A DNA stretch of 34,109 nt from an uncultured Candidatus Cloacimonadota bacterium (GTDB taxonomy: Bacteria; Cloacimonadota; Cloacimonadia; JGIOTU-2): assembly GCA_964447485.1 (NCBI GenBank), contig CAYUTH010000004.1, positions 1 to 34,109 on the forward strand, given 5' to 3'. The notes under the pieces are model-generated. The model was given only the letters and a program-made list of their open reading frames with translations, did not search any database and was not told the DNA's origin. Positions 1 through 8,899 of the stretch are shown here, piece by piece (position 1 is the first letter of the stretch; every line of letters begins with the position of its first letter). The position numbers and the translations under genes are program-made.

Positions 1-951
1 AAGGAAGACGGTACGCGCATCGATATTTCTATTGGCGATAATGTCGGCGATCCTGTCTTCACTTTTGCCGATCTTCGTCCACATCTTGCGAAAGATTATA
101 ATGATAAAAAAATCTCGGAAGCTATTGATGCAGATAAACTACAGCTTCTTTTTGGCTCAATCCCTTTCCCTGATGATGAGATAAAAGATGCCGTCAAACT
201 GAACTGCTTGAATATTCTCCATGAGAAATATGGCATCACTGAAGAAGATTTTATCAGTGCGGAAATTGAAATTGTTCCTGCTTTTTTCAGCAAGGATGTG
301 GGTATTGATGCAAGCATGGTCGGCGCATACGGACAGGATGACAGAGTTTGTTCCTATACTGCTCTGCGCGCACTCCTGGACATAGATGAACCTGCTCTTC
401 CTTCAATCGTATTTCTGGCAGACAAAGAAGAAATAGGCAGTGAAGGAAACACGGGTGCCCGTTCTGATTTTATTATTGATTTTATTTCTGATATTATTGA
501 ATTCCAGGGACATGACAGTTCAAAAATTTTAAGAAAAGTCTTAACAAAAACCAATATTCTATCCGGCGATGTCACTGCTGCGATAAATCCCTCCTTCAAA
601 GAAGTGCATGAACCTCAGAATGCACCACTCCTGGGATCAGGAGTCTGCCTGACAAAATTCACCGGCTCCAAGGGAAAAAGCGGCTCAAACGATGCACATC
701 CGGAATTCATTGCAAAATTGCGCGCACTTTTTAATGCGCATAATGTCAATTGGCAGGTCGGCGAACTCGGCAAAGTTGATGTAGGCGGAGGCGGTACGAT
801 CGCAAAATTTATGGCTGAACACAATGCAGAAGTCATTGACTGCGGCACGCCACTTCTTGCAATGCACTCTCCTTTTGAGATTTCAAGCAAAGGAGATATT
901 TATTCAACATATAAAGCTTATAAAATATTCTTCGAACATTACGGGGGTTAA
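1..951 (+). CDS. M18-family (ApeA/aspartyl-type) zinc aminopeptidase, 5'-truncated at window edge
   Basis: Frame 1 is open from nt 1; the ORF track starts only at internal Met 208. Motifs QDDRVCSY, DKEEIGSEGNTGA, GGGGTIAKF and LLAMHSPFE are typical of M18 aminopeptidases. Confidence 0.8.
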   Translation, partial: KEDGTRIDISIGDNVGDPVFTFADLRPHLAKDYNDKKISEAIDADKLQLLFGSIPFPDDEIKDAVKLNCLNILHEKYGITEEDFISAEIEIVPAFFSKDVGIDASMVGAYGQDDRVCSYTALRALLDIDEPALPSIVFLADKEEIGSEGNTGARSDFIIDFISDIIEFQGHDSSKILRKVLTKTNILSGDVTAAINPSFKEVHEPQNAPLLGSGVCLTKFTGSKGKSGSNDAHPEFIAKLRALFNAHNVNWQVGELGKVDVGGGGTIAKFMAEHNAEVIDCGTPLLAMHSPFEISSKGDIYSTYKAYKIFFEHYGG

Positions 952-953
952 CG

Positions 954-1706
954 GTGAAAAAATTATATGTATTCGGATTATTACTCTTACTTCTTCTGGC
1001 TCATTGCGCGCAACAAAAGCCCTATACTGATATCCAGCAGCCAGTAAATCAAACTGAGCAGCAGATGCAGTATCTGGCTGAAGTGATCAAAATGAACTCC
1101 GATGCAATAGACCAGCAGGAAAAGCAATTTTCCGGTGATCTTCAGATGCTCAACAGCAAATTAGATCAGATCATCGTGCTACAATCGAAAGTATCAAATT
1201 TAGAAGTAAAAGTTAACACACTCGAATCCAAGATTGAAACACAAAACCAGATCCTTGCTCAACTCAGATCAAATCCGGCTGTTGCAGACAATACTCAAAC
1301 AAAACCTGTGACACCATCAAATGAAATCACTCCCGAAAGACTCTATCAGACAGGACGGCAGTATTACGTTGATAAGGATTTCAGAAAATCGATCTCAACA
1401 TTCTCAGAATTTATTAAAGAATATCCTCAAAACGATCTCACATCAAATGCGCAGTATTGGATCGGTGAATGCTATTACTCGCTTGATCAGTTTGAAACAG
1501 CCATTTTCAACTTTGACAAAGTGGTGATCAATTATCCTGATTCTAATAAAATCGTTGACGCAAAACTCAAAATTGCGCTGTGCCTGATCGGTATGGAGCA
1601 ATATACCGGAGCGCTTACTCAGCTGAGAGAGATCCAAAAACAGTATCCTGATTATGAGCGCCTGGATATCGTGCGCGAAAGAATTGTCATGCTGGAGAAC
1701 CGATAA
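954..1706 (+). CDS. cpoB: YbgF/CpoB-like Tol-Pal associated TPR protein with signal peptide and coiled coil
   Basis: GTG start. N-terminal signal peptide LLLLLLAHC. Central heptad-like Q/L-rich region. C-terminal TPR block YQTGRQYYVDKDFRKSISTFSEFIKEYPQNDLTSNAQYWIGECYY is characteristic of YbgF. Confidence 0.65.
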   Translation: MKKLYVFGLLLLLLLAHCAQQKPYTDIQQPVNQTEQQMQYLAEVIKMNSDAIDQQEKQFSGDLQMLNSKLDQIIVLQSKVSNLEVKVNTLESKIETQNQILAQLRSNPAVADNTQTKPVTPSNEITPERLYQTGRQYYVDKDFRKSISTFSEFIKEYPQNDLTSNAQYWIGECYYSLDQFETAIFNFDKVVINYPDSNKIVDAKLKIALCLIGMEQYTGALTQLREIQKQYPDYERLDIVRERIVMLENR

Positions 1707-1707
1707 C

Positions 1708-2517
1708 ATGAAAAAATATGTACCACCAATTCTTATATTGCTGCTCTTCACCTCATTATTTCTTGTCAGCACCTCTTATACACAAACTCCTTCTCCCATG
1801 AGTTGGGATGAAGAAGACGATGTCACGTATGAAAAACCTTTTGAGCTTCCGAAAGGTGATTTCGATCCTCATGAAAAAATGATAGAAGCCGATGACCTTT
1901 ATCAAAGAAGGAAATTCAACAAAGCCAGAGATATATATGAGATCGTCACGTATATGAGCAAGGGTGATACGCTTGTCAAACGAGCTCAATACCAGCTTGC
2001 AAACTGTTATTTCAATATGAAATTGTATGAAGATGCGATCTTTGAATTTGAACAACTCATGCGCCTGTTCCCATACTCTCAGTATAATGAAGATGCCAAT
2101 TTCAAGATCGGCTCCGCCTGGTTCAAATTATCTTATCCCCCCGCATATGATCAGCAGGAAACGATCAATGCTCTCCAGCAGTTCAATCATTTTATGGCTC
2201 AATACCCGGAATCAGAACTTATTGTCAACGTCGAAAACATGAAGACTACTTGCATTAACAAGCTTCTTGAAAAGAAATATCTCAACGCTCATATTTATTA
2301 CATGATGGGATATTATAATGCATCTCTGATGTATCTTAATGAAATTTTTGATGAGAATATTCCTGGCGAGATCGACGAAAATGCACTTGAACTCGCTGCG
2401 AAAATATATATCAAGAAAAGGATATGGGATAAACTTGCAGATATTGGCGCACAGCTCTCTGCAAAGTATCCCGAATCTGCATTCATAGAAAAAATTAACG
2501 CTCATACAACAAACTGA
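1708..2517 (+). CDS. bamD: BamD/YfiO-like TPR outer-membrane assembly protein
   Basis: I chose the internal ATG at 1708 (MKKYVPPILILLLF signal peptide) over the track start at 1654, which overlaps the upstream gene. TPR pattern ANCYFNMKLYEDAIFEFEQLMRLFPYSQY and QQFNHFMAQYPESELI is BamD-like. No lipobox Cys is present, so the assignment is tentative. Confidence 0.55.
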   Translation: MKKYVPPILILLLFTSLFLVSTSYTQTPSPMSWDEEDDVTYEKPFELPKGDFDPHEKMIEADDLYQRRKFNKARDIYEIVTYMSKGDTLVKRAQYQLANCYFNMKLYEDAIFEFEQLMRLFPYSQYNEDANFKIGSAWFKLSYPPAYDQQETINALQQFNHFMAQYPESELIVNVENMKTTCINKLLEKKYLNAHIYYMMGYYNASLMYLNEIFDENIPGEIDENALELAAKIYIKKRIWDKLADIGAQLSAKYPESAFIEKINAHTTN

Positions 2518-2519
2518 TC

Positions 2520-3101
2520 ATGAGATTGGGAATACTCGGTGGCACCTTTGATCCAATCCATTGCGGCCACCTCCGGATGGCAAAATATTGCCGCGAAAAA
2601 CTTCAACTGGATAAAATTTTCTTCATTCCCGCCGGCAATCCGCCCCACAAAAAACCACAAACCCCATTTGATCTAAGAGTTCAGATGCTCCGCGTGGCTC
2701 TGACCGGATATCCAAATTTTGAAATCAGCGAACTGGAAAAACAGGAACACGCCCAGGATTTTACCTACACATATTACACACTGGAGAAAATGAAAAAAGA
2801 ACATCCTGATGATGAACTCTATTTTCTCATGGGTGAGGATAATGTGTCGGAAATCTCAACATGGTTCAAGTATAATGAGTTGCTCGAACTGGCTAAATTC
2901 ATTATTATAAGCAGACCATCGGATCGGACAGATCATTCTCATGATTTTTCTTTCAGCGGTGAACTTTCATTTCTGGAAATGCCAAAAATTGACATCTCTT
3001 CACAGTGCATCAGGAATATGCGCTCTCAAGGAAAGTCCATTCACGGACTGGTTCCTGAAAAAGTTGAAGAATTCATTAATAATTTTAATTTATATAAATA
3101 A
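2520..3101 (+). CDS. nadD: nicotinate-nucleotide adenylyltransferase
   Basis: GILGGTFDPIHCGHL (HxGH nucleotidyltransferase motif) and a C-terminal ISS motif (IDISSQCIRN). Size is 193 aa. Confidence 0.9.
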   Translation: MRLGILGGTFDPIHCGHLRMAKYCREKLQLDKIFFIPAGNPPHKKPQTPFDLRVQMLRVALTGYPNFEISELEKQEHAQDFTYTYYTLEKMKKEHPDDELYFLMGEDNVSEISTWFKYNELLELAKFIIISRPSDRTDHSHDFSFSGELSFLEMPKIDISSQCIRNMRSQGKSIHGLVPEKVEEFINNFNLYK

Positions 3102-3110
3102 AGAGGTAAC

Positions 3111-5831
3111 ATGACTAAGAATGTGTATTATTTTGGTAAAACAAAAACCGATGGAAATAAATCCATGAAGGAAATTCTTGGAGGCAAAGGAGCAAACCTC
3201 GCAGAAATGTCAAATCTCGGCATTCCTGTTCCTCCCGGTTTTACGTTATCAACAGAAATTTGTGACTATTTTAATAAACATGACCAACACTATCCTTCAA
3301 ATTTGAAAAAAGAAGTCGAAGATAATCTTGAGCTTCTGGAGAAGGAAATGGATTTGAAGTTTGGAGATGCACATAAACCGCTCCTTCTTTCCGTCCGTTC
3401 CGGTGCAGCGGTTTCCATGCCCGGCATGATGGATACAATCCTTAATCTCGGGCTGAATGACAAGTCGGCAAAGGGTTTTGCAGAAACTACAGGAAATGCA
3501 AGATTCGTTTGGGATGCCTATCGCAGGCTTATTCAGATGTTCGGAAATGTTGTTCATCAAATAGATTCCGAGCTCTTTGAAGATGTGCTTTCACGTATCA
3601 AGAACATGAAAAAAGTGACACTCGATATAGATTTGAGTGCGGACGATCTTAAACTTGTTGTCGAGCAATACAAAGAAATCTATAAAGATGAAATGGGTGA
3701 AGAATTCCCTCAAAATCCCAACGATCAGCTCTGGTCAGCGATCGACTCTGTTTTCAAATCATGGAGTAATGCCCGAGCAGAAAAATACCGTGAGTTGAAC
3801 AACATCACAGGGCTTCTTGGCACAGCGGTGAACGTCCAGGCAATGGTCTTCGGAAATATGGGAGAAGACTGTGCAACAGGTGTTGCTTTCACTCGAGACC
3901 CTTCCACTGGCGAGGATAAATTCTTTGGAGAATTCCTTGTAAATGCTCAGGGTGAGGACGTGGTCGCAGGAACCCGCACTCCACAGGAAATCACAAAGGA
4001 AAATTCTATTCGTTGGGCAAAAAATAATAATATATCTGAAAAGGTGAGAGTAGAAAAATATCCTTCTCTCGAAGAATTGATGCCGAAAGTATACAAAGAG
4101 CTTTTTGCAATACAAAGAAAATTAGAAATTCACTACAAAGATATGCAGGATCTTGAATTCACTATTCAGAAAGACACTTTATTCATTCTTCAGACCAGAA
4201 CCGGTAAGCGCACCGCAAATGCAGCAGTGAAAATTGCAGTCGATATGGTAAAAGAGAAAATGATCGATAAGGACACTGCACTCATGCGTGTCGAGCCGGA
4301 TCAGCTTAACCAGCTTCTCCACCCAAGTTTTGATGATAAAGAAAAGGTAAAAGCAGAAGAAGAGAATCGTTTTCTTGCAAAAGGATTGCCTGCATCTCCT
4401 GGCGCTGCTGTCGGCAAGGTCGTTTTCTGCGCTGACGAAGCAGTTAAATGGAAAGAGCGAAATGAAAAAACTATCCTTGTACGAACCGAAACCTCTCCGG
4501 AAGATATCTCTGGAATGGATGCCTCTCAAGGCATTCTTACTGTGCGTGGCGGTATGACATCTCATGCTGCAGTTGTCGCACGAGGAATGGGGAAATGCTG
4601 TGTAGCAGGTTGCGGAGATATTAGTATTGATGTAAAGGCTAAGAAATTTTTTGTTGATGACCATGTGATAAAAGAAGGTGACTTCATTTCTTTAGATGGC
4701 TCTACGGGTGAAGTATTTGAAGGTAAGATCGGCACAAAATCTCCGGAATTTACTGAAGAATTCGAGCAACTTATGAAATGGGCTGACCAAAAAGCACGGC
4801 TTCATGTTCACGCAAATGCTGATACTCCAAAAGACTCTGAAATCGCACGAAATTTTGGCGCAGTCGGGATTGGTCTTTGCAGGACAGAGCACATGTTCTT
4901 TGGTGAAAATAGGATTGACTTCGTCCGCGGTATGATCCTTGCTGACTCACCTGAAGAAAGAAAATATCCACTTGAAGAATTGAAAAAGAATCAGATCGAA
5001 GACTTCAAGGGAATTCTTGAAGTAATGCAGGGACTTCCCGTGACTATCCGCCTCCTCGATCCACCCCTTCATGAATTTCTCCCTGACCTAAAAGACGACG
5101 AAGAGATTCAAAAATTAAGCAAGACCTTCAAAAAATCAACTCAGGATATAAAAGCGAGGATCAACCAACTCAAAGAATTCAATCCGATGCTCGGACACAG
5201 GGGCTGCCGACTCGGTATAACTTTCCCGGATATTTATGACATGCAGATCGAAGCAATAATTGAATCTGCTTGTTCTCTCAAAAAGAAAGGTATTGACGCA
5301 AAACCGGAAATAATGATTCCACTCGTGAGTGACGTGAATGAATACGACTTTATAGAAAAACGGACCCGAGTTATTGCTTCCCGGATTATCGAAAAAAATG
5401 GCATCGACCTGCACTATAAAGTTGGTACAATGATTGAAATACCACGGGCGTGCCTTGTCGCTGATGAGATCGCCGAACACGCAGAGTTCTTCTCCTTCGG
5501 TACGAACGATCTTACTCAGATGGGTTTTGGGTTCTCAAGAGATGATTCGAGCAAATTCCTCAAACAGTATAAAGAAATCGGCATCTTTAGCCGCGATCCA
5601 TTCCAGGCACTCGACCAAAAAGGCATTGGTGAGTTGATAAAGATTGCGATCGAAAAAGGAAGAAAAACAAATCCTAAACTAATAATAGGCATCTGCGGAG
5701 AGCACGGAGGAGAGCCCAGTTCTGTAGAATTTTGTCATAGAATTGGCTTGAATTATGTAAGCTGTTCCCCTTTCCGTGTTCCAATCGCGCGTCTTGCTGC
5801 AGCACAAGCTGTAATTAAAAATCCAAAATAA
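3111..5831 (+). CDS. ppdK: pyruvate, phosphate dikinase
   Basis: 906 aa. Contains GGKGANLAEM, the catalytic His loop RGGMTSHAAVVARGMGKCCV, the TIM-barrel end GTNDLTQ and CGEHGGEP. Confidence 0.95.
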   Translation: MTKNVYYFGKTKTDGNKSMKEILGGKGANLAEMSNLGIPVPPGFTLSTEICDYFNKHDQHYPSNLKKEVEDNLELLEKEMDLKFGDAHKPLLLSVRSGAAVSMPGMMDTILNLGLNDKSAKGFAETTGNARFVWDAYRRLIQMFGNVVHQIDSELFEDVLSRIKNMKKVTLDIDLSADDLKLVVEQYKEIYKDEMGEEFPQNPNDQLWSAIDSVFKSWSNARAEKYRELNNITGLLGTAVNVQAMVFGNMGEDCATGVAFTRDPSTGEDKFFGEFLVNAQGEDVVAGTRTPQEITKENSIRWAKNNNISEKVRVEKYPSLEELMPKVYKELFAIQRKLEIHYKDMQDLEFTIQKDTLFILQTRTGKRTANAAVKIAVDMVKEKMIDKDTALMRVEPDQLNQLLHPSFDDKEKVKAEEENRFLAKGLPASPGAAVGKVVFCADEAVKWKERNEKTILVRTETSPEDISGMDASQGILTVRGGMTSHAAVVARGMGKCCVAGCGDISIDVKAKKFFVDDHVIKEGDFISLDGSTGEVFEGKIGTKSPEFTEEFEQLMKWADQKARLHVHANADTPKDSEIARNFGAVGIGLCRTEHMFFGENRIDFVRGMILADSPEERKYPLEELKKNQIEDFKGILEVMQGLPVTIRLLDPPLHEFLPDLKDDEEIQKLSKTFKKSTQDIKARINQLKEFNPMLGHRGCRLGITFPDIYDMQIEAIIESACSLKKKGIDAKPEIMIPLVSDVNEYDFIEKRTRVIASRIIEKNGIDLHYKVGTMIEIPRACLVADEIAEHAEFFSFGTNDLTQMGFGFSRDDSSKFLKQYKEIGIFSRDPFQALDQKGIGELIKIAIEKGRKTNPKLIIGICGEHGGEPSSVEFCHRIGLNYVSCSPFRVPIARLAAAQAVIKNPK

Positions 5832-5832
5832 T

Positions 5833-6042
5833 ATGAATATTATTCAGTTCTTTAATAACCGCATAAAACGAATGAATATTTTTAATCTCAAATTAGCGCA
5901 GGTCGCTTCTGCACTTGTTATGTGGATCGTTATCAAGCTGTTTCCCGTGCTTGCAAAAGTTGACTATGTTTGGCTCATTATACCAATAGTGCTCATCGCG
6001 ATTCGTTTGTTTTATGTAGTTTTTGTAAAAAAAGAAACATAA
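5833..6042 (+). CDS. small hypothetical 2-TM membrane protein
   Basis: 69-aa ORF starting 1 nt after the ppdK stop. It has two hydrophobic segments and no recognisable family. Confidence 0.35.
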   Translation: MNIIQFFNNRIKRMNIFNLKLAQVASALVMWIVIKLFPVLAKVDYVWLIIPIVLIAIRLFYVVFVKKET

Positions 6043-6050
6043 ACTCGGTC

Positions 6051-6127
6051 GGGTGATTAGCTCAGCTGGTTAGAGCGCTACGTTCACATCGTAGAGGTCA
6101 CTGGTTCGAATCCAGTATCACCCACCA
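6051..6127 (+). tRNA. tRNA-Val (anticodon CAC), CCA encoded
   Basis: Hand-folded cloverleaf. Acceptor GGGTGAT/ATCACCC, D arm GCTC-AGCTGGTTA-GAGC, anticodon arm CTACG-TTCACAT-CGTAG, T arm ACTGG-TTCGAAT-CCAGT, discriminator A plus CCA. Confidence 0.9.
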
Positions 6128-6150
6128 TTTTTACACACACTATAATTCTA

Positions 6151-6198
6151 TACAAGTTAATAAACTTGTAATTATAATTGACAAGCTAATTGGCTTGT
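6151..6198 (+). terminator. two adjacent AT-rich palindromes after the tRNA; the second is followed by a T-rich tract
   Basis: First palindrome: TACAAGTT-AATA-AACTTGTA (6151-6170). Second: ACAAGC-TAATTG-GCTTGT (6181-6198), followed by ATTTCTTTT. Both share an ACAAG core. Confidence 0.35.
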
Positions 6199-6462
6199 AT
6201 TTCTTTTGGGATTGTGAAAATAAATAATCAATATTTTGCTATTTTGACTGGTGATATAGTAAAATTTTATACTTATATGTAATGAAAATTCAAATAATCT
6301 AATGCACATAGAAACAGAATTTTTCAGTGACGATTATTGTGCAGTTAGTTAAAAATTCAAAGTATTAAAGATAAGGTTGACTCTAAATGGTTTGATATAG
6401 ATTAAGGTTCTGGTTATGGAATCTTGTAAATAGGAAACAAAAAGAGGGTTGGAGGAAAGTAG

Positions 6463-6508
6463 ATAGATAAAATCAAATATTGATGTAGAACTTCTAAATT
6501 TTATCTAT
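6463..6508 (-). terminator. 11-bp perfect inverted repeat downstream of the islet gene pair (candidate terminator)
   Basis: ATAGATAAAAT (6463-6473) pairs with ATTTTATCTAT (6498-6508) across a 24-nt spacer. It lies about 45 nt after the stop of the 6554..6931 gene. It is AT-only, so it is a weak call. Confidence 0.25.
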
Positions 6509-6553
6509 AATTATAATTTTATTTATTCAATTCTATATCACATATTAATACAA

Positions 6554-6931
6554 TTAACAAGAAGTTCTTCCTATAGAAATTGCCACAAAAATTAAATAGA
6601 TTGCCCATGCCATCCCTATACCTAATAACTTAAAAACTCCGTACCGATTTTGCCTGAAAACAGACAAATAAACAGGAATTAGAAGACAAATCCATAATAT
6701 AAACATTACAGAAGAGAAAACAAAAGCATAAGGAGAGTTCATAGCATCTAATACAATCTCGACACCTAAAACTGGTATAAACATAGGCAATATTATTTTT
6801 ACTAATTCTATTCGTTTATTTTTATTCATTGGTGGAATCAACAATTCCTTAAACAAAGGTATTGCTTTTGCAAAAAGTGGCAATGAAACCATAGCTACAA
6901 TTATAACTCCCCATATAAATAGTTTATTCAT
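6554..6931 (-). CDS. hypothetical small integral membrane protein (about 4 TM)
   Basis: 125 aa with four hydrophobic stretches. An AGGAA SD-like element lies 8 nt upstream of the ATG. The gene starts 13 nt after the stop of the upstream ORF, so the two look operonic. No family recognised. Confidence 0.55.
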   Translation of the reverse strand: MNKLFIWGVIIVAMVSLPLFAKAIPLFKELLIPPMNKNKRIELVKIILPMFIPVLGVEIVLDAMNSPYAFVFSSVMFILWICLLIPVYLSVFRQNRYGVFKLLGIGMAWAIYLIFVAISIGRTSC

Positions 6932-6944
6932 AATTTCAATTCCT

Positions 6945-7757
6945 TTAATACAGAATTTCGGGACATATTAATTCAGAAACTATATGTGCTACTATGGTGG
7001 TTCCTATTCCTCCAACGAAATCAGTCCCCGCTGCTACAATAAGGTTTAATAAATGGCTCCAGATTCCTAATACAATTCCTTCTCCTTCAATTTCTTGTAC
7101 TATATAATTAAGAAACTGATGGTTAAGTGCAGCAATTTTTATCGGTGAAGGTGAAAGTTCCTGTCTATACGCTTCAATTTCATTAAGGATGGGTAAGCTC
7201 TCCATATTTGTTGATATTTCACCTTCAAATACTTCTCCCATAGTTTCAATTTTAATTTGATATTGTTTATCCCCTGAATAAGTTATGTTAGGGTTTGGAT
7301 CAGCGATTAAAATTTTTAAATAATGATCTGGCTTTATGGGACAACTAATATTAAGAAAGCACTTATGATCATCTGTAAAATATTCTGAACAGCTCAGTTG
7401 CTTTACGCCTTTATAATATAATTCAAGTATTCCCTCATTTTGTCCTATTTTTTTAAATTCGGTTACTATCTTGTTATTATGTTGGTCATACCCGGTAAAT
7501 ATTAACCCATAAGATGTACTATCTTTGGTAATGTTATCGACTTCTGATATTCTATCATCCGGAGTCCAAAGAACATATGGACTAACCTCTCCTTGCTCTA
7601 CTTGATTATAAAAAATGAATGTGGTTCTGAAAAAATCAATAACATTAGAATAAGAATCACAAAACGCTAAGGAATAAAATACACCACATAGAATAAAACA
7701 TGATAAAAAAATAGCATACTTTACTCTTTTAAAGTTTCTAAAAAATAATTTCTTTAT
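6945..7757 (-). CDS. hypothetical secreted or lipoprotein-like protein with a hydrophobic Gly-rich C-terminus; no canonical start, putative ATA start
   Basis: My hand translation shows the frame of track ORF 6945..7241 stays open for 172 more codons, up to a TGA at 7769-7767. Those codons contain no in-frame ATG, GTG or TTG. The extension begins (I)KKLFFRNFKRVKYAIFLSCFILCGVFYSLAFCDS, a textbook signal peptide. A GAGG element lies 7 nt upstream of the ATA at 7757. Confidence 0.5.
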   Translation of the reverse strand: MKKLFFRNFKRVKYAIFLSCFILCGVFYSLAFCDSYSNVIDFFRTTFIFYNQVEQGEVSPYVLWTPDDRISEVDNITKDSTSYGLIFTGYDQHNNKIVTEFKKIGQNEGILELYYKGVKQLSCSEYFTDDHKCFLNISCPIKPDHYLKILIADPNPNITYSGDKQYQIKIETMGEVFEGEISTNMESLPILNEIEAYRQELSPSPIKIAALNHQFLNYIVQEIEGEGIVLGIWSHLLNLIVAAGTDFVGGIGTTIVAHIVSELICPEILY

Positions 7758-7906
7758 TTCTCTACCTCAATGTACTTTTATTTGTATTTTATAATATAGA
7801 GAAATTATAACTACTGTCAATAAAAAAATGTTGCTAATTAAATATCCTTTAATTATATAAAAAAACTTGATTCATTCTAACCCTCTTAAAATTTGAAGCA
7901 AAATAT

Positions 7907-8842
7907 TTGGAGTACATATTGTCATTTGTAAGCAGTCTAAAGAAGAAACTTTCCAAGACGCACAATTCCTTTATTGCCCGTATAGCAGAGATCGTTCATT
8001 TAAGCGGCAGGATTGATGAGGAACTTATTGAAGATATCGAAGACATTCTTATTCAAGCAGATCTCGGCATTTCTATTACAGATAAGATCGTATCACAATT
8101 AGAAGAACAAATACGGCTTCATAAACTTTCGAGCTCGGATCAGGTATTTTCTGCGCTTGAAAATATAATTATTACCATTCTTCGGGATGAATATAAGGAC
8201 GTTGATTCTATCGATTTTAATCCTCAGGAAAAGCCCTATGTGATGCTCTTTGTCGGAGTGAACGGAGTAGGCAAGACCACTTCAATTGCAAAATGTGCTC
8301 AGCGATATAAAAATAATGGGAAAAAGGTTCTTCTTGTTGCAGGTGATACTTTTCGAGCTGCCGCGATCGAGCAGCTTGAGTTCTGGGCAAAACGGATCAA
8401 CGTCGCAATTATTGAGCAGGAATACGGCTCTGATCCATCTTCTGTGATCTTCAATGCAATGCAGTCCGCAAAAGCCCATTCTTACGATGTCGTTCTCATA
8501 GATACTGCAGGGAGACTTCATACGAAGATCAATCTGATGAGAGAACTCGAAAAAATTAAGCGAACTATCCAAAAACACATCCCTAAAGCTCCGCATCAAG
8601 TCCTGCTTGTCATCGATGCGACAACAGGTCAGAATGGCGTTCAGCAGGCAAAGAAATTCCTTGAATCCATACCAATCGACGGCATTATACTCACGAAACT
8701 TGACGGCACGGCAAAGGGGGGTGTTGCTCTTGGCATCAAAGACAGCCTTCAGATACCTATCAAAGCCATTGGTGTCGGTGAGCAAATGAACGATTTGAAG
8801 GACTTTGATGCAACAGAATTCGTGAAAGCAATTTTTGAATAA
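7907..8842 (+). CDS. ftsY: signal recognition particle receptor FtsY (NG domain form)
   Basis: Motifs GVNGVGKTTSIAK, DTAGRLH and TKLDGTAKGG. TTG start at 7907; an alternative TTG lies at 7919. Confidence 0.9.
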   Translation: MEYILSFVSSLKKKLSKTHNSFIARIAEIVHLSGRIDEELIEDIEDILIQADLGISITDKIVSQLEEQIRLHKLSSSDQVFSALENIIITILRDEYKDVDSIDFNPQEKPYVMLFVGVNGVGKTTSIAKCAQRYKNNGKKVLLVAGDTFRAAAIEQLEFWAKRINVAIIEQEYGSDPSSVIFNAMQSAKAHSYDVVLIDTAGRLHTKINLMRELEKIKRTIQKHIPKAPHQVLLVIDATTGQNGVQQAKKFLESIPIDGIILTKLDGTAKGGVALGIKDSLQIPIKAIGVGEQMNDLKDFDATEFVKAIFE

Positions 8843-8899
8843 TGAATATTTATAATTTTCAATTTTATATTTTAAATTTTAAATTCCAAAGGACTGATA

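Noticed and set aside
1654-1707. ORF-track N-terminal extensions of bamD (1654), rnfD (10229), pstA (18007) and phoB (23945).
   Set aside because: In each case an internal start gives a proper signal peptide or conserved N-terminus. These internal starts have a good SD and/or an ATGA-type overlap with the upstream stop. The extensions overlap the preceding gene and encode implausible sequence.
7767-7769. Possibility that TGA is read through or recoded (alternative genetic code), to explain the start-less ORF.
   Set aside because: Several well-supported genes here terminate with TGA, including bamD, mrpD, mrpE, mrpF, mrpG, pstC and phoB. Reading through this TGA still yields no upstream ATG in frame.
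6051-7906. Possible tRNA-integrated mobile element, looking for an integrase and a direct repeat of the tRNA 3' end.
   Set aside because: No integrase or recombinase ORF is present. By eye I found no copy of the tRNA-Val 3' segment (GGTTCGAATCCAGTATCACCCACCA or its last 12 nt or more) near the ftsY side. I therefore report only a compositional islet, not a mobile element.
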